Below are positions 11,306 through 26,249 of a stretch of DNA of 64,000 nt, in pieces. Position 1 is the stretch's first letter; the number at the start of each line of letters is the position of its first letter. The stretch comes from Ophelia neglecta (lineage: Eukaryota). The DNA lies in the NCBI GenBank assembly GCA_965285935.1, contig OZ260663.1, forward strand, positions 56,792,001 to 56,856,000. The letters run 5' to 3'. The notes beneath the pieces are model-generated. The model searched no databases. It worked only from the letters and a program-made list of their open reading frames with translations, and had not been told where the DNA came from. The translations under genes were made by a program, and so were the position numbers.

Positions 11306-14300
11306 ATACATCGCGTATACCAAACTGCGTGTATTAAAATTCTCTTGTTGCAGACGACAATTTGTTATATGAATTTATGAAAAGTTTGGCTAGGTCGGTG
11401 TGAATTAGCCATGTGCTATAAGCCTACTGCTAGCTTAGGACTATCTGTATACTGATAAGAATAAGGAGCAAATTTAGTTCATCTGTCCATAAGGTTTTCA
11501 AACAGATAAGTGAAATGTATTTACACATTCTAGATACAATGCATAATTTCTTGATTGCATTTATATTCCCGGTGACAAGTTATAATTTTTGATTGAATTG
11601 ACCATTTTATATCTCTGATTTATATTACCCAATGCTCTTAACATTTGGCCCTCTTGCCAACAGTTATTTAATGTCTAAATCCCATACCAATTGCGCTGAT
11701 AGGCTATGCCTTCTGGTGTTTATTTTGCGTCTGTTACGATTAAGTTGTTTAAAAGTATTTGTAATAAATTAAGTCGTATACTATAATTGTTATCCACCTT
11801 GCATATAAGCTACTATGAATTTGTGAATCAATAACTTTACGCAAAATACATATAAATTTTATAATCTTCTTTTTTATTTACCTGAGAACACTGCTAAAGC
11901 CATATCGCCTCGATAATATTAAAGAATTATATTACCATTTCAAAACGCATGGTGTAGGATTCGTCTGATTGGAGCAGTCGTTCAAACCACATTATATGAT
12001 ATAGTTGTAAAGTTAGGTTGGATCGATTGAGTGTATATTTCTACCTATACAAAATCTTTAAGATATGAAATATCCTTCTAAGCTTACTTATAATGAGCTT
12101 TAGAAATGCAATAACTATTTATTTACTTTTTTTTTTACAAATAACGGAAACGTTTAAATCGATCTATTTCAGGAGATAAAAATCTTGTTATAGGTAGTAA
12201 TCAGAAGAGGCGTATCTGGTGTATTGTGAATGACCATGTGCCTACAGCTCAGTGTTTATTGAAGACAGCACGTGATGATAAGAGCAATGGGCGTGTATAT
12301 GGCTTATCTGAACCACTGCTTTTGATATTTTCTGCGATCTATTTTACGTACATGACATGAATTTTAAAATCCCATTTTCTCTCCTTATTGATCCAACGTA
12401 ACATTTTTCCCGAAATAATCGAATCTGAATAGTAACTATATCGAAGATATAATCTAGCATTAGTTTCGAAATAAATCAAGTATTTCAAGCACATTGGCTT
12501 GGTTTTCTTATCGTTTATGTATTCAGACATTGACGAAATTATCCTAAAGTGCATATGTATTTAAATAAGGGAATGTATACCCCGCCGACAAAGCAAAATG
12601 GAAAAGGCGGAGAAGTCCAGTTAACCCATCCAATAATTACTTTATGTGTAATAATCATGTTTTAATCTACTACGTGTTGACAGAGGCTGGCAAATTGCTA
12701 AATTCCCCAGGGCTGTAAACAATGACTAACGGGTTTAAAATTTGTTTCTATTTCATTTGCAATATAAATCATCCATGACATATCTCATCACGTTTTCACG
12801 AGAAACATGTCAAGTTTCAGAAGTTTTTGAGTGGGGAAATGAAAATTAAGTTACTGAACATATAAACTGTATAAAACTTCCCCATGAATAAGGCTTCGTC
12901 TATCCTTATAATTTTATGTAAGGCAATGCATGTTCAAACATGACTAAATATCCCGGGATAGCCTTTAATAAGCACTATTACCGGATATACTGAACACGTT
13001 TATAAGCGGAACTTAAAAGGAAATAAAAGAAATATGAATCATGTGAAATATAGTAGAAGCAAACATTGGATGTCCTTATTAAACAACTACTTACTGCTAC
13101 GTGGAAAATTAATTCTCATCACATAATAATTTTTTTGTCGTTGTCCTGTTAAAATGCCTTCTATGCACAATTTTGCTCTTTTTAGGGTTTTGACTTTTTG
13201 TTCGCTCGCGCATGTTCTCTGCCCATCATGTAAGCTGTAGCTTGCACCTTTTCATTGGAAATCAACAAACTTGTTAGACTAGTTACTAGTAGTTCAAAAT
13301 TATAGGCCTACTGGATAGCCGAAAACTTCTATGTACACAAAGTATGCACACGGCGGTTTTTACAGAAAGTGTTCTCGCTAAAATACTTCTCACAAGAAAA
13401 TGCGGCCTTAGGCGCCATAAATTAATGTTTCTCTAAAAGGCATAAAATTTCCAGGAAAAATAGTATAGGAAACTACCAAATCGTTTGTCTGCATCCTTTT
13501 GCCAGGCCTATACCTCCTTGGTATAATCTTATCTTGAGACAGGAGTTAACCTGTGAAATGTATTAACTTTAAGGATCGTCTTACTTTAACAAAATTTCGC
13601 CTGAGAACCATTTTGAGGTTGAAAAGAAACAAATTGAGGTTGGCGGATATCCAAGGCCAAGGGTAGCGGCCGAGAAAAGACTGTCCATCAAATTTATTTA
13701 CATACTTACGTAAGTCGACATTTTCCCAATCATGGTTCCGGTGGAATTTTAAAAACACCGTATTCTCCTCTATAAATTTAAATTTCTGGTTAATTTTCAG
13801 AGCTTTTGTACTTTTCTGTAGACCGCCCAATCAGAAGTGAACAAACCAACATATTGACAGCGGCCATTAAATGTTTGAATCTTCCAATCACCATCTCAAT
13901 GTGTTCTTAATGTCGACACCACTGTATGGTAGTTACGTAAGTCTAACAGCCTGACTCTGTTATAGTTAAGGATTACGCCTAGGAACATATGGTCTGTGTG
14001 CCCACGCCTCATCACTGGCTATTTAAGATCTATGCTACCATCCTTTCTGCAGTTGTCTGCTGCCAAGAACATAAGTACGTACTTGTGTCTAATACAGCAG
14101 CTAATTACCACACAACAGCCTCTCTATAACGGTAATTTATTTGGCGCAGATCTAGATATACATTCACGTACCCACAACATATAATTATAATTAATATATT
14201 TGCAAATACACTTCCGTCGGAACAAATAACAGGAGGTGCATTATTAGAATATATAGATAATTTCAATGTATGAACGCGCTGGAAGATTTCCATAGATGGG

Positions 14301-14646
14301 CCATAGGCCTTATTTTTTTTCAACTTGTTCAACATTTTACTGACTTGCCTATAGTTTAGGGGTTGCTGTAAAGTTGTATAATATTTGTTTCAAAAAAAAA
14401 AGTTCTTCCCCACAAACTTGGAAAAACACTGCACGTTAATGATTGAATTAGAAGAAAATTGGTTTCGAAGTGATCTCCCTGCCCCGTATGTTCTCCGTGT
14501 GTGACTTGCACACGCACCAGAAGGATGGCTAACAGTGGCACATCTAATTATTAATCAGCCAGCCTCCCGTTAATCTCCGGGTCCCAGGAATAGCCTGTGT
14601 CGAGCTATGACTCTGGCAGTGCCGGGCACGCCCCTCAAGACGAGGG

Positions 14647-14699
14647 TATAAAGGCCGTTATGTCGGGAGCTCGTCTCACAGACGCCCTGCTCCCTAGAC
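14647..14699 (+). promoter_or_regulatory. Probable TATA box and short non-coding first exon of MHC-B
   Basis: GGGTATAAAGGC (TATA at 14647) in a locally GC-rich patch, followed by a consensus donor gtaagt at 14700. Acceptors at 15893 and 15926 precede the ATG at 15960. Confidence 0.55.
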
Positions 14700-15959
14700 G
14701 TAAGTACACTGTCTTACCTTAGACTCTTACCCTAGAACTTTCATTTCAAGCTTCAGGAGTATTTCTCCAATAGTATTTTGATTTTCCTACCGCTATCCGC
14801 ATCAACTCATAGAGTAATCGTTAGAGTAAGTTTTTTTTGGTTAAAGCAGCAATTGCTATATAGATTTAATCTCTTAAGAGCCGAGCCGTTGTAAAGCACG
14901 CTTTATAACTGCTTTAGAACACTTGCCTTATTTCTTATTAGATCGATAATAATGATGGTAGATTTGCCAAAATAGTGTTGACATTTTAATAGTAATCAAA
15001 ATAGTTGTAATATAAAGAATATACTGTAAATATTTGAAACGGATCATTCCCCCAATCTTGTACTTTTCTACTAATGACATCCTTTATTTCCACCTAGATA
15101 TCTCATATGCGATAATTAATGTTTTGTATTAGCTATATTGATATTGCGCCGTTATCATATCCTGTCCTGGGAAGGGGTCCGAAAGAGACTTTAAGGGGGG
15201 AATCGCCGGGCTCTGACCATTCCAGGCACGATTCTTTCTTCTTAACAGTCTTCACAAAATGGTGAATGACATTGCTGTATATATAAGAAAGTGTTCCGCA
15301 AAATTATGAAATTGACTTTTTGGTTGATTTGTTAGCTGACCGAAATTCAGCTCGGTCCATTGTGACAACTGAGCAGAAAAAAACGGAAAACCCGTGTAGT
15401 TCGATACTTAATATTCCTGCACCCCATGCACTTATAGCGTAACGCCACAATTTTAAGTCGAAAAGCAGAAGATGGACTTCGATAAAGAATACAGCTGCAT
15501 TTCTGAAGTTGGGCTTGAAATTAGGTTTACCCGCAATTATGTGTTCTGCAATAGGCCTACATTCTGTCACTCGTTTTTGAGGGGGGGGGGGGGGGTGGAG
15601 GATATATCCCCTGATCGCAGGCTGCCTTTAATCAACATACGCTATTTACTTATTGACAGGCCTTCATCTCATTATCTCTCTGTATTACACTTTTGATCGG
15701 TCCACTGCTATTTCCATCGAGCCTGCTGATATTCATCACAGTAAGCCCAGTCTTACGTAATCTAAGCTGATCTGCCAGGAATATCTTACATCGGAGTCCA
15801 GCACCCGATCACGGTTCTAACCCGCACGTGTCCACAGATTCCCGGCCATTCGGGCGATTATAGACTTTCGACTGTCTTTTTGTTTTTTTCCAGAGGCAGC
15901 ATCTCCACTTGTTCATTTATCTATAGAGGTCTTGGACTTCTTCTCTCCGACCAGCGACC

Positions 15960-16137
15960 ATGAATATGTTCGAGGGCGATCCCGATTTCGTTTTTCTCCA
16001 ACTGCCTAAGGCGAAGATGATGGAGATTCAGAGTAAGTGATAATCCTTTAGGGTTTAATTTCCTTTTTTTTCCATTGTTTATCTGATGTGAAATATATAT
16101 TTTTATCGATTGATTGATTGATTGGTAACTTGATTCA

Positions 16138-16194
<57 letters not shown>

Positions 16195-19100
16195 CAACAC
16201 TTTAACGATAGGCTTATGCAGTGTTTGAACAATGAAAACTAATGCATATTTCCTTATAATTCTATAGGCATATTATCATTATTATAATTCTTAACTATTT
16301 ACACACTAAACTTCCAGTTTGTAATAGGGGCCTACTGTATTTTAATGTTTTTTTTGTTTTGTTTTTAAATGTTTCCGCACTGTTAAAGATCAATTGTGTG
16401 TAAACTACATGTTGTATAACATAGTTAATGAAGCATATCATATCATATCATAGGCTATTTTCGAAAATTTATATTCAATTCTTTGTGGAAATGTACATTT
16501 AAATCTCAAATACAAGACATATGCTTGCAGTGCGGTTTGACTGTTTCTAACTAACATCCATCATTGTATGTACAAACCGATTAATTCCTTGAAAATATGG
16601 GTTTTTTATGCAATACATCTGGTTAGGACCCGAAAGCAAATTTTTCTCGAACATATGGAGGAGATGCATTATTTCCATGTGGCTTTGTAGGTCGTCCTTA
16701 CAATGGAAGTAAGAGCGTGTGGGTGCCCCAGGACAAAGAAGGGTTCATCCGGGCGGAAGTAGAGTCCACCCAGGGGGAGGATGTCACTGTCAAGACCGAG
16801 AACATGCAAGTAAGTAAATCGAGATGAATTTAGAGTATCGGGCATCCACATCCCTACACTAGGTCCCCCCCACCCCCACCCCACCCACCCCACCTCACCA
16901 CCCTCTCTCTCGGTTTACTGATGCTAAGAAAGACCTCATGGAGTTTGGAGGGCAATGGGTCAGTGTTTGCTGTATGTGCCACGATTTTTTACCTTAGGCC
17001 ATTTACTTACACACCATAGCTTAGAACGACGTAATATCGTAAGATTCCATGAGGTGATTCTGCTTTCTGTTTAGCTAGCAATCTAAAGTCTTTGTTAAAG
17101 GTCAAAATTCCATGATTTCTATGTTTGACTATTTTCCATGTCTTTATTAATGTAGTTAAAATGAATTTAACCGAATTGCATAAAAGTAAGAATGGCACTT
17201 TAATACTAAATCAAGTTCATCTTCAAGCATACGTTAATTACAAATAATTTGGGCATGGCTCTTTAAGTAGGACAGACCAAAAGCCTTCAATGTTCACGCT
17301 AGTTTGCATTGATCTATAAAAATCTATCGAACATAGTTACCGTATACGCCGCTATCCACATACCATTTGATTTTGGTAAATGCTATATTCCTGTCGCAAA
17401 TAACCAGAACTGAATCTCTGTTTTGCAGACGTTGACTATTCATAAAGATGAAATGCAGCAGATGAACCCACCTAAGTTCGACATGATTTCTGACATGGCC
17501 AACATGACCTTTCTGAACGAGGCATGTGTCCTGAACAATCTCCGACAGAGGTACACCAACTCTCTGATCTACACTTACTCGGGGCTGTTCTGTATTGCTG
17601 TCAACCCCTACCGTCGTCTGCCAATATACACCATGAAAGTCGTGAAAATGTACCAGGGTAAGAGGAAGACCGAGATGCCTCCTCATCTCTTCTCCATCGC
17701 TGATAACGCCTACGCCAACATGATCAGAGACCGCGAGAACCAGTCCTGTCTTATCACGTACGCTAAAAACACTTATTTCCTTATTTCTGTAAATTTATTG
17801 CACTTGGGCATGTAGGTTGCTCTTCTAACATAAAATGATACTACTTGAATTATTATTTATCACTACTAGATGCTTATGTCGAATGTGGAAATAGTTGAAG
17901 GTAGCATCTAGTTAAATTGACCATATCTCCCCAGTGGTGAGTCTGGAGCCGGTAAGACAGAGAACACCAAGAAGGTTATATCCTACTTCGCCCAGGTAGC
18001 CGCTGGTTCTAGTAAGGCTGAAGAAGAGGAATCCAAACAGGGAACCCTGGAAGACCGTATTGTACAGACCAACCCCGTCCTGGAGGCCTGGGGTAACGCC
18101 AAGACTGTTAGAAACAACAACTCATCACGTTTTGTACGCTAATTTTACTTAATTAAATTGAAATTTATAAGCTATGTCGCTTTATCTTATTAGAGACCGG
18201 AATTCTAGTGTAGCGGTTTATTCAAGTGGCACATTAATAAAGATTCCACAGACAAAATATGTTTTTGCTTCCCCAGGGTAAATTTATCCGTATCCATTTT
18301 GGACCCAATGGCAAAATAGCCGGATGTGACATCGAATCATGTAAGAAACATCCTATGATAAATAGAAAAAAACAACAATTCCTATTTAAGACACAACCAC
18401 AATCCAATTTATGCTGTAGGTCGAATTCGTTTAATATGTCCTATTAGAATAAGATCCTATTATAGTTTGTATCTATCTATGCTTGGATTAGATTTGCTGG
18501 AGAAGTCTCGTATCACCTATCAGATGCCGGGTCTTGAACGTAACTACCACATCTTTTACTGGATCATGTCGGGCCAAGTGCCGAAAACATCTGGTAAAAA
18601 TTACATCCTGCTTCGAACAGCTCATGTCTTTGTGTCGTATTCCATTAGGACACTTCCGGTTGCTTGAAATATTCGAACACGTTACCATATGTTGTGACCT
18701 ATATAATTGATTGCCAAAAACTCGCATTATTGCACTGTCGAACATTTTTACAGAGATGTGTCTGGTGAAAGAGGACCCAGGTTTGTATAATTTCATTAAC
18801 CAAGGAACTTTGTCCGTAGACAACATGGACGACAAGGAGGAAATGAGACTCGTAGACGTAGGTCGGCCTTTATTTGTGTATTTATTTATCAAAAATATGA
18901 TCTATCTGTATTCGTGGCAATTATAAGCACTCCCCTTTTAGATTTGTTCGAAGGTATCCTGTTTAGCATAACTGTGGAAGTATTTTTTATTTTAAATATC
19001 AATGTTGAAATTTCAATTCTCTAATACATACATTCATTGCACACACCATTCCTCCTTTCGTTTTGGCTACTAAAATTAAATTTTCTTTACAATGAAATTG

Positions 19101-22100
19101 ACATTCGTATCAATATCTCTTTAATAATAACCTGCCTTACAGGAATTCTGAAATAACTACGTGTGATAGATACGCGGATGAGAAGTTCACACAAGGCTGG
19201 CCTATGTGATGCTGATGACAGTTATCCAGATTATAATTCTTGTAGAATGATCACCATTCGTTTATTCTCCCCAGGAAGCATTTGCTGTGCTGGGATTCGA
19301 TGAGAGCTCGGAGAAGAACCCGTCGTACAGAATCACTAGCTCAGTTCTCCATTTTGGTCAAATGCAGTTCAAACAGAGGGGAGAGCAGGCAGAAACCGAC
19401 GGAACTGCTGGTCAGGACGCATGATTTATGACCGGTTCTTCCTTAATTCGATCCAATCCAATTTATGCTTAAATCTTTGAACATGCGGCCACATTATTTT
19501 TATTTCATATAATTCAACATGGGATTGTTAACCAAATTAAAGATTAACTGGCTTTTATTGTCAAGATATCCGTTGGACGCTTGTTGACTTAATATTGATA
19601 AAGTAACAGAAATGTAGGTTTAGAGTTTATTGCTATTCAGATGCCGAGAAGGTTGCCCATCTCCTGGGTGTTAACGCCTCTGATATGCTGAAGTCATTGC
19701 TCACTCCCAAGGTGAAAGTTGGCACTGAATGGGTAACCAAAGGTCAAACCATGGAGCAAGTCCAGTTTTCTGTACAAGCTTTGTCAAAATGTATATACGC
19801 CCGCTACTTCGGCTGGCTGGTGAGCCGTGTCAACCAAACCCTTGACACCAAACAGAAACGCCAGTACTTCATTGGTGTGCTGGATATCGCCGGATTTGAG
19901 ATCTTTGAATTTAATACATTCGAGCAGCTCTGCATCAACTACACCAACGAGTGCCTCCAGCAGTTCTTCAACCACCACATGTTCGTACTCGAGCAGGAGG
20001 AGTACAAGAAAGAAGGAATTGTGTGGCAGTTTATTGATTTCGGTATGGACCTCGCTGCTTGTATCGAACTGATCGAAAAGGTAGGTGCAAATAAAGATTT
20101 AGTTATTGTGTTGTGAGATGATAAGCTAGTGGCTCAATTTCTGCTATAACTTTCCCAAATTGTATTTCAATTTGTTTTCTAGCCTATGGGCATTCTGTCC
20201 ATCCTGCAAGAAGAATGTATGTTCCCGAAAGCCGATGATAAAACCTTCACTGCTAAGTTGTATGAAAACCACCTTGGCAAGAGCAAGATGTTTGGCAAAC
20301 CAAAGCCAAAGAAAGGGGCCAAGTACGAAGCCCACTTTGAACTGTACCACTACGCCGGTACCGTGCAGTACAACATCGGTGGATGGCTGAACAAAAACAA
20401 GGACCCCATCAATGAGTGTGTCAGTGGGACCTTCGCGAAGTCCAAGGAGCCCCTTGTTGCTGGTTTCTTTAAGCCTTCAGAGGAGCCGGCAGGTGGCAAA
20501 GGCACCAAGAAAAAGAAGGGTGGTGGCATGCAGACGATCTCGGCTGTGCACAAGGAGCAACTACATAAGTTAATGGCAACTCTGAGGACCACTTCTCCCC
20601 ATTTCGTTCGTTGCTTGATCCCCAACGAGTGCAAACAGCCAGGAATGGTGGAAGCTCATCTGGTTATGCATCAGCTGCAGTGTAATGGTGTTCTAGAGGG
20701 TATCCGTATCTGCCGTAAAGGCTTTCCCAACAGGATCATCTACTCAGAGTTTAAGCAAAGGTATCAATATCAAAAGTATATATAATATCAAATAAAGAGG
20801 CTAGCGATGTATTACAACATCAGTTAAAAGACAGTGGGTGAGCAAATCGTCCATTGTTATTCGTTTATTATCCTTTGTATTATCAACTTTCTTATTCGAT
20901 TATTTTCAGATACACTATCCTTGCTCCAAATGCAGTACCAGCCGGCTTCGTCGACGGCAAAGAAGCTTCCGGCAAAGTCCTGGCTGAAATCCCCGACTTT
21001 GACCAAGATTCATACAGATTAGGAAACACCAAAGTGTTTTTTAAAGCAGGTGTGCTGGGCCAGCTTGAAGAGTGGCGTGATGACAAGCTGACTACCATAA
21101 TGTCTAACCTTCAAGGATCGGTCAGAGGTTACCTGATGAGAGCCAACTACCAGAAGTTGTGCAACCAACGGTATGTTTGCCATCATTTTGTACTAAATAA
21201 TTACCAACATTCGGGCACATGTTATCTTATAATTATGCCATTTAAAACCTTCCATTTACAGCCAGGCATTTATGATCATCCAGCGCAACATCCGAAAATG
21301 GCTGAGCCTCAAGACCTGGATCTGGTGGAAGATCTACACTCGTGTCAAGCCCCTCCTGAGTATGGCCCGCGCTGAGGATGAGCAGAAGAAGATGCAGGAA
21401 GAATTCGAAAAGACGAAAGAAGAACTTGAAAAAGTTGAAAAGAAAGCAAAGGCTTTGGAAGAGCAAAGCGTTACTTTGCAACAACAAAAGAACGACTTGT
21501 CCATCCAGCTCCAGGTGTGATGACCAGTTTTGCTTAAACATGTTTATACTGTGTTACTATATCCATTTCCACATATCAGTCAATGCAATGGTAAAATAAT
21601 TTCCGCTAATATATTTTTGGAATTCAGATGGCAGAAGAAAGTCAAGCAGAAAATGAAGAAAGGTTGGAACAACTTTTGAAAGAAAAGAATGAGTTTAAAG
21701 ACCAAATGAGGGAATTTGAAGAGCGCATTGCCGAAACAGAAGGTTTTCTTTATTTTATCTAAGATACATATACCATTTATCTTTCAAATGACATAATATA
21801 GCACGCTAAGCAAAAACGTATTATAGGTAGTTTCGTATATGATTTTAAACCTTCAACGCATTTCAGTCTACATCTAATAGCAAAGAGCGCCCTTGCAAAT
21901 CATCAATCACTTTCAACGTTCCCTATAATAACTATTCCTAACTTATTTCTTATGACAAGGTGAGTCCGAGGCTCTAGAGTCTGCCAAGAAATCCGCTGAA
22001 GATACAATAAATAATATGAAAATAGTCAATGTAAACCTGGAACTTGCTCTGCACAAGGCAGAAATTGAAAAGCAAACCAAAGACAATCAGATTAAGACTC

Positions 22101-25100
22101 TGAACCAGGAGATGGCCAGGCAGGATGAACAAGTATGTATAATAAACCCAGTGTCCGCATTACTCGTTCCACACAAAGACAGGCAGAGCATCTTGTATGT
22201 TGGCCACTTGTTTTCAAATGTCACTGCGATAATTTGGCTTGGGCTTTACTTATATAATAGGTTATTTTATCATACTCATCTTTACAGATTGCTAAGTTGA
22301 ACAAAGACAAGAAAAGTATGGACGAAACCAACACAAAACTAATTGAAGACCTCCAGGCAGAGGAGGATAAAGCCAACCACCTAAATAAACTGAAGCAGAA
22401 AATGGAACAGGCTATCGATGAGTTAGAAGAGAACCTAGAACGTGAGAAGAAGTTCCGTGCGGATGTGGAAAAGGTAAAGAGGAAAGTGGAGGGCGAACTG
22501 AAACAAACCCAGGAGACCGTCGAGGAATTGGAGAAGATCAAGGGCGATCTGGAAGCAAACATCCGCAGAAAAGATACCGATATTAAGAACCTTGAGGGAA
22601 AGCTGGAAGATGACCATTCTCAGATGGCAGCTCAACAGAAGAAGATAAAAGAGCTGATGTCGCGCATTGAAGAGTCTGGCGAAGAGCTGGAAGCTGAGCG
22701 AACAAACCGCTCAAAGGTTGAAAAACAGCGCGGCATTCTTCAGGCCGAGCTGGACGGCCTGAGTGAGAAACTGGATGAAGCAGGCGGTGCCACACAGGCG
22801 CAGGTAGAACTTAACAAGAAACGAGAAGCGGACTTCACAAAACTGCGTCGCGACCTGGAAGAGGCAGTTCTACAAAATGAGCAAACCATTGGCGTCCTGC
22901 GTAAAAAACAAAACGATATGGTCGCCGAGCTTCAAGACCAGATCGACAACCTCCAGAAAGCCAAACAAAAGTACTTGTTAAATTTTTTTTCTTCATTATA
23001 ATAATTTCATGCACCAAAACGAGTGGAACCATCAGTAAATTATATAACAGTTAATATTTATATAGCCGCAAATTTTGAAATAGTATCACGAAGTTCATAA
23101 ATATGTTCTTTGCAGGACTGAAAAGGAGAAAAACATTTTGAAGTTTGACTGCGACGACATTCAGGCGCAGCTCGAAAGTGTGTCAAAACAGAAGGGCCAA
23201 GCCGAGAAAACAGCGAAGTCACTAAAAGGCCAGCTAGATGATACTAACAGCAAGCTTGATGAAGCCAACGGCCAGATGCAAGAATTAAATTCAGCGAAAT
23301 CACGCCTTCAGAATGAAAACGCTGACCTTGGACGCCAACTTGAGGAGGTAGAGAGCCAGCTTAGCGCTATGGCTAAGACCAAGCAAAGTGTTAGCAAGCA
23401 GCTCGAGGAGACAAAAGGTGCACTTGAAGATGAAACCCGCCAACGCCAAAAGCTTGCTGGCGAATTGCGTAATGTCCAGAGTGACTTCAATACTGCACGT
23501 GACCAGCTGGAGGAAGAATCCGAAGGCCGTGCTGACCTGCAACGTTTGCTGACCAAGGCCAACAACGAAGCGCAGGAGTGGCGTCGCAAATGTGAATCCG
23601 GTGAGGGGAGCGTCCGCTCCGAGGAATTGGATGACTTGACGAGGAAGATGAACGCCAAGCTGGCTGATATGGAAGCCCAGATGGAGGCTGCCATATCTAA
23701 AGCAGCTTCACTCGAGAAGGTAAAACACAGAATGACTGGCGAAATGGAAGACCTGCAGATTGATAGTGAAAGATCCCAATCTGTAGCCCATCAAGCGGAG
23801 AAGCGCCAGCGTGCCTTTGACAAGACAGTTGATGAGTGGAAGCGTAAGGTGGCCGACCTCCAGGCTGAATTGGAACGATCCCTCAAAGAGTCTCGCAGCA
23901 ACGCGGCTGAAGTTTATCGTATGAAGGCCCACATCGACGAAGAGGGTGCTGTGGAAGAAGCTCTGAGGAGAGAAAACAAGAATCTAGCTGGTGCGTCACC
24001 ATGGATTTGTACAATTCGTTACAATATATGAAGCTTCAATCCAAAGTAAATAAATTTCATTTTGAGTTCCGTTTGCATTCACTAAATTAAAACTTATTGT
24101 GCTTTATTATTCTTCCTTAGAGGAGATTCAAGAACTTACTGACCAGCTCGGTGAAGGAGGACGATCTGTCCATGAATTGGAGAAGATCCGTAAGCGTCTT
24201 GAGATGGAGAAGGAGGAACTGCAATCGGCCCTAGAGGATGCAGAGTCTGCTCTGGAGCAGGAAGAGATCAAAGTACAGCGTGCCCAACTGGAAATTCAGT
24301 CTGTCCGAAATGACATCGAGCGTCGACTTGCGGAGAAAGACGAGGAGTTCGAGAGCACACGTAAAAACCACCAACGAACCATCGAGTCAAGCCAAGCTAC
24401 TCTTGAGGCCGAAATCCGCGGCAGGGCCGAGGCGACACGTGCCAAAAAGAAACTCGAGTCCGACATCAATGAACTAGAAGTGGCTCTGGATGTAGCTATC
24501 AGGTCAGATTCGAAAGCATGCATATATTCCTTTTGCCAAGGTTTTACACTGGATTATATATGTTCAAGATTGGATTTATGGTTCTGGGAACGAATTCGTT
24601 GCTGTACATTTCAACCAAATATCATTTAATGATAATGTCTTTTGATTCCCAGGGCCCGCGCTGAGGCTGAGAAAAACACCAAGAAATACTCTCAGCAGTG
24701 CCAAGAGCTAGAACAGGCTCTAGACGAGGAGCAACGACGTGTGGCCGATGCCAAGGAGCTATTATGTACGTTTATAATCACATCATAAGAGGATGATTTT
24801 TAACTGCAAGTGGCTGACTTTCACCCGGTGTTATATTCGTTCTGCATAGGCCCTAGTTGTATATGAAACTCTTTAATTGAAATTTTTGGCTGAAGACTGT
24901 CCATATTGGAAGATACTCAATGATTTCCCCTATAATATTCCTATTTTGTCATGTTGGTGTTTTGTTTAAGCTGGCTCCGAACGTCGTAACAACCTGTTGG
25001 CTGGCGAGGTAGAAGAAACCCACACTCAGCTTGAGTCTAGTGAGCTTGCCCGTAAGGCAGCCGAGACTGAGCTTCACGAGGCCAGTGACCGAGTGTCCGA

Positions 25101-26249
25101 GCTCACCACACAAGTGGCAAGTCTCTCCGCCGCTAAGAGGAAGTTGGATAATGAAGTGCAGGCCATGCAGGTAAAATGCAAGATAATATCAAAAGTAAAA
25201 AGCAACTGAGTGATCACACCGACAGAAAATAAATCCAAAACATCATTTGATATAAGTAAAATTATGTGTCACATGACTTATATCAGGTTGAATGGGAAGA
25301 TCAAAGTGCTGAGCTGAAAACAGCTGAGGAGGCGGCGAAAAAGGCCATTGCTGATGCAACTCGTGTAGCCGAGGAGCTCCGTCAAGAACAGGACCACTCC
25401 AGTAGCATCGAGAAGATGAGGCGGTCCATGGAATGCCAGGTGAAGGAGCTCCAGGCTCGACTGGACGAGGCCGAGGCAAGCGTCTTAAAGGGCGGCCAGA
25501 GAATGATTCAAAAACTTGAACAGCGAGTCCGAGAACTGGAGGTCGAATTGGACAACGAGCAGCGGCGTCACGACGAAACCACAAAGAGCATGCGCAAACA
25601 AGACAGGCGCCTGAAAGAGTTTGCCTTCCAAGGAGATGAGGATAGAAAACAGCAAGAACGTTTACGGGAAATAGCCGATAAACTGCAACAGAAGATCAAA
25701 ACTTACAAGAGGCAGGTGGAAGAAGCGGTGAGTAGGCATTCAAATTATAAGAGCATCATCAATATCATATCTAGTCCACATGGACTATAGGCGAATATAG
25801 ACTATTAACTAACTATGGGTTCTACGCTCTGATGAAGTTTATTTCACGGTACGCACAGACAAGTTATTCACTTAATCCAAGAGTACAAGGTAAACTATTG
25901 TTTTTGTTGTAGGAGGAGTTAGCTGCCGTGAACTTGGCCAAGTACCGTAAGGTTCAGCACGAGGTGGAGGACGCCGAGGAGCGTGCTGACATCGCCGAGA
26001 ACACTCTGGCCAAACTCAGGGCCAAGAATCGCAGCTCGTCAGTTGTAAATAGCAGTCCAGTAAGTAAATATGTTTTAAAACATTACCTTTTGGGTTGCTT
26101 GTTCATTCGCTTTAATTACGTTTCATTGAGAAACTTGTGGTAAAGGATGGATGACGACAATATTAAAGTCCATTATTTTATATATTTTATAAATATATTC
26201 TATTCCGCAGAGTGCAATCAGAGTGACTATGAAAACGTCTGTGGATTGA
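15960..26249 (+). CDS. Striated-muscle-type myosin II heavy chain, paralogue B, complete (about 1941 aa)
   Basis: 22 exons: 15960-16032, 16691-16809, 17429-17757, 17935-18133, 18277-18340, 18492-18593, 18754-18857, 19275-19410, 19641-20080, 20183-20760, 20910-21170, 21262-21514, 21628-21742, 21960-22132, 22288-22970, 23116-23990, 24121-24502, 24653-24765, 24971-25170, 25287-25727, 25913-26059, 26211-26249 (sum 5826 nt). N-terminus [11 protein letters not shown]-loop GESGAGKT, switch I NNNSSRFG, switch II DIAGFE, rod, ends [12 protein letters not shown]. Confidence 0.96.
16108..16194. repeat. (GATT)n microsatellite in an MHC-B intron
   Basis: Interrupted run of GATT units seen directly. Confidence 0.95.

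Noticed and set aside
15249-15261. Possible ATG-containing microexon extending the MHC-B N-terminus via the 15926 acceptor
   Set aside because: Weak donor, the in-frame join has a one-in-three chance, and the 15960 start already matches typical MHC N-termini.
3934-25584. Many antisense and alternate-frame ORFs (Ser/Leu/Phe-rich) over the myosin exons
   Set aside because: Shadows of Glu/Lys-rich coiled-coil codons with no independent coding signal.
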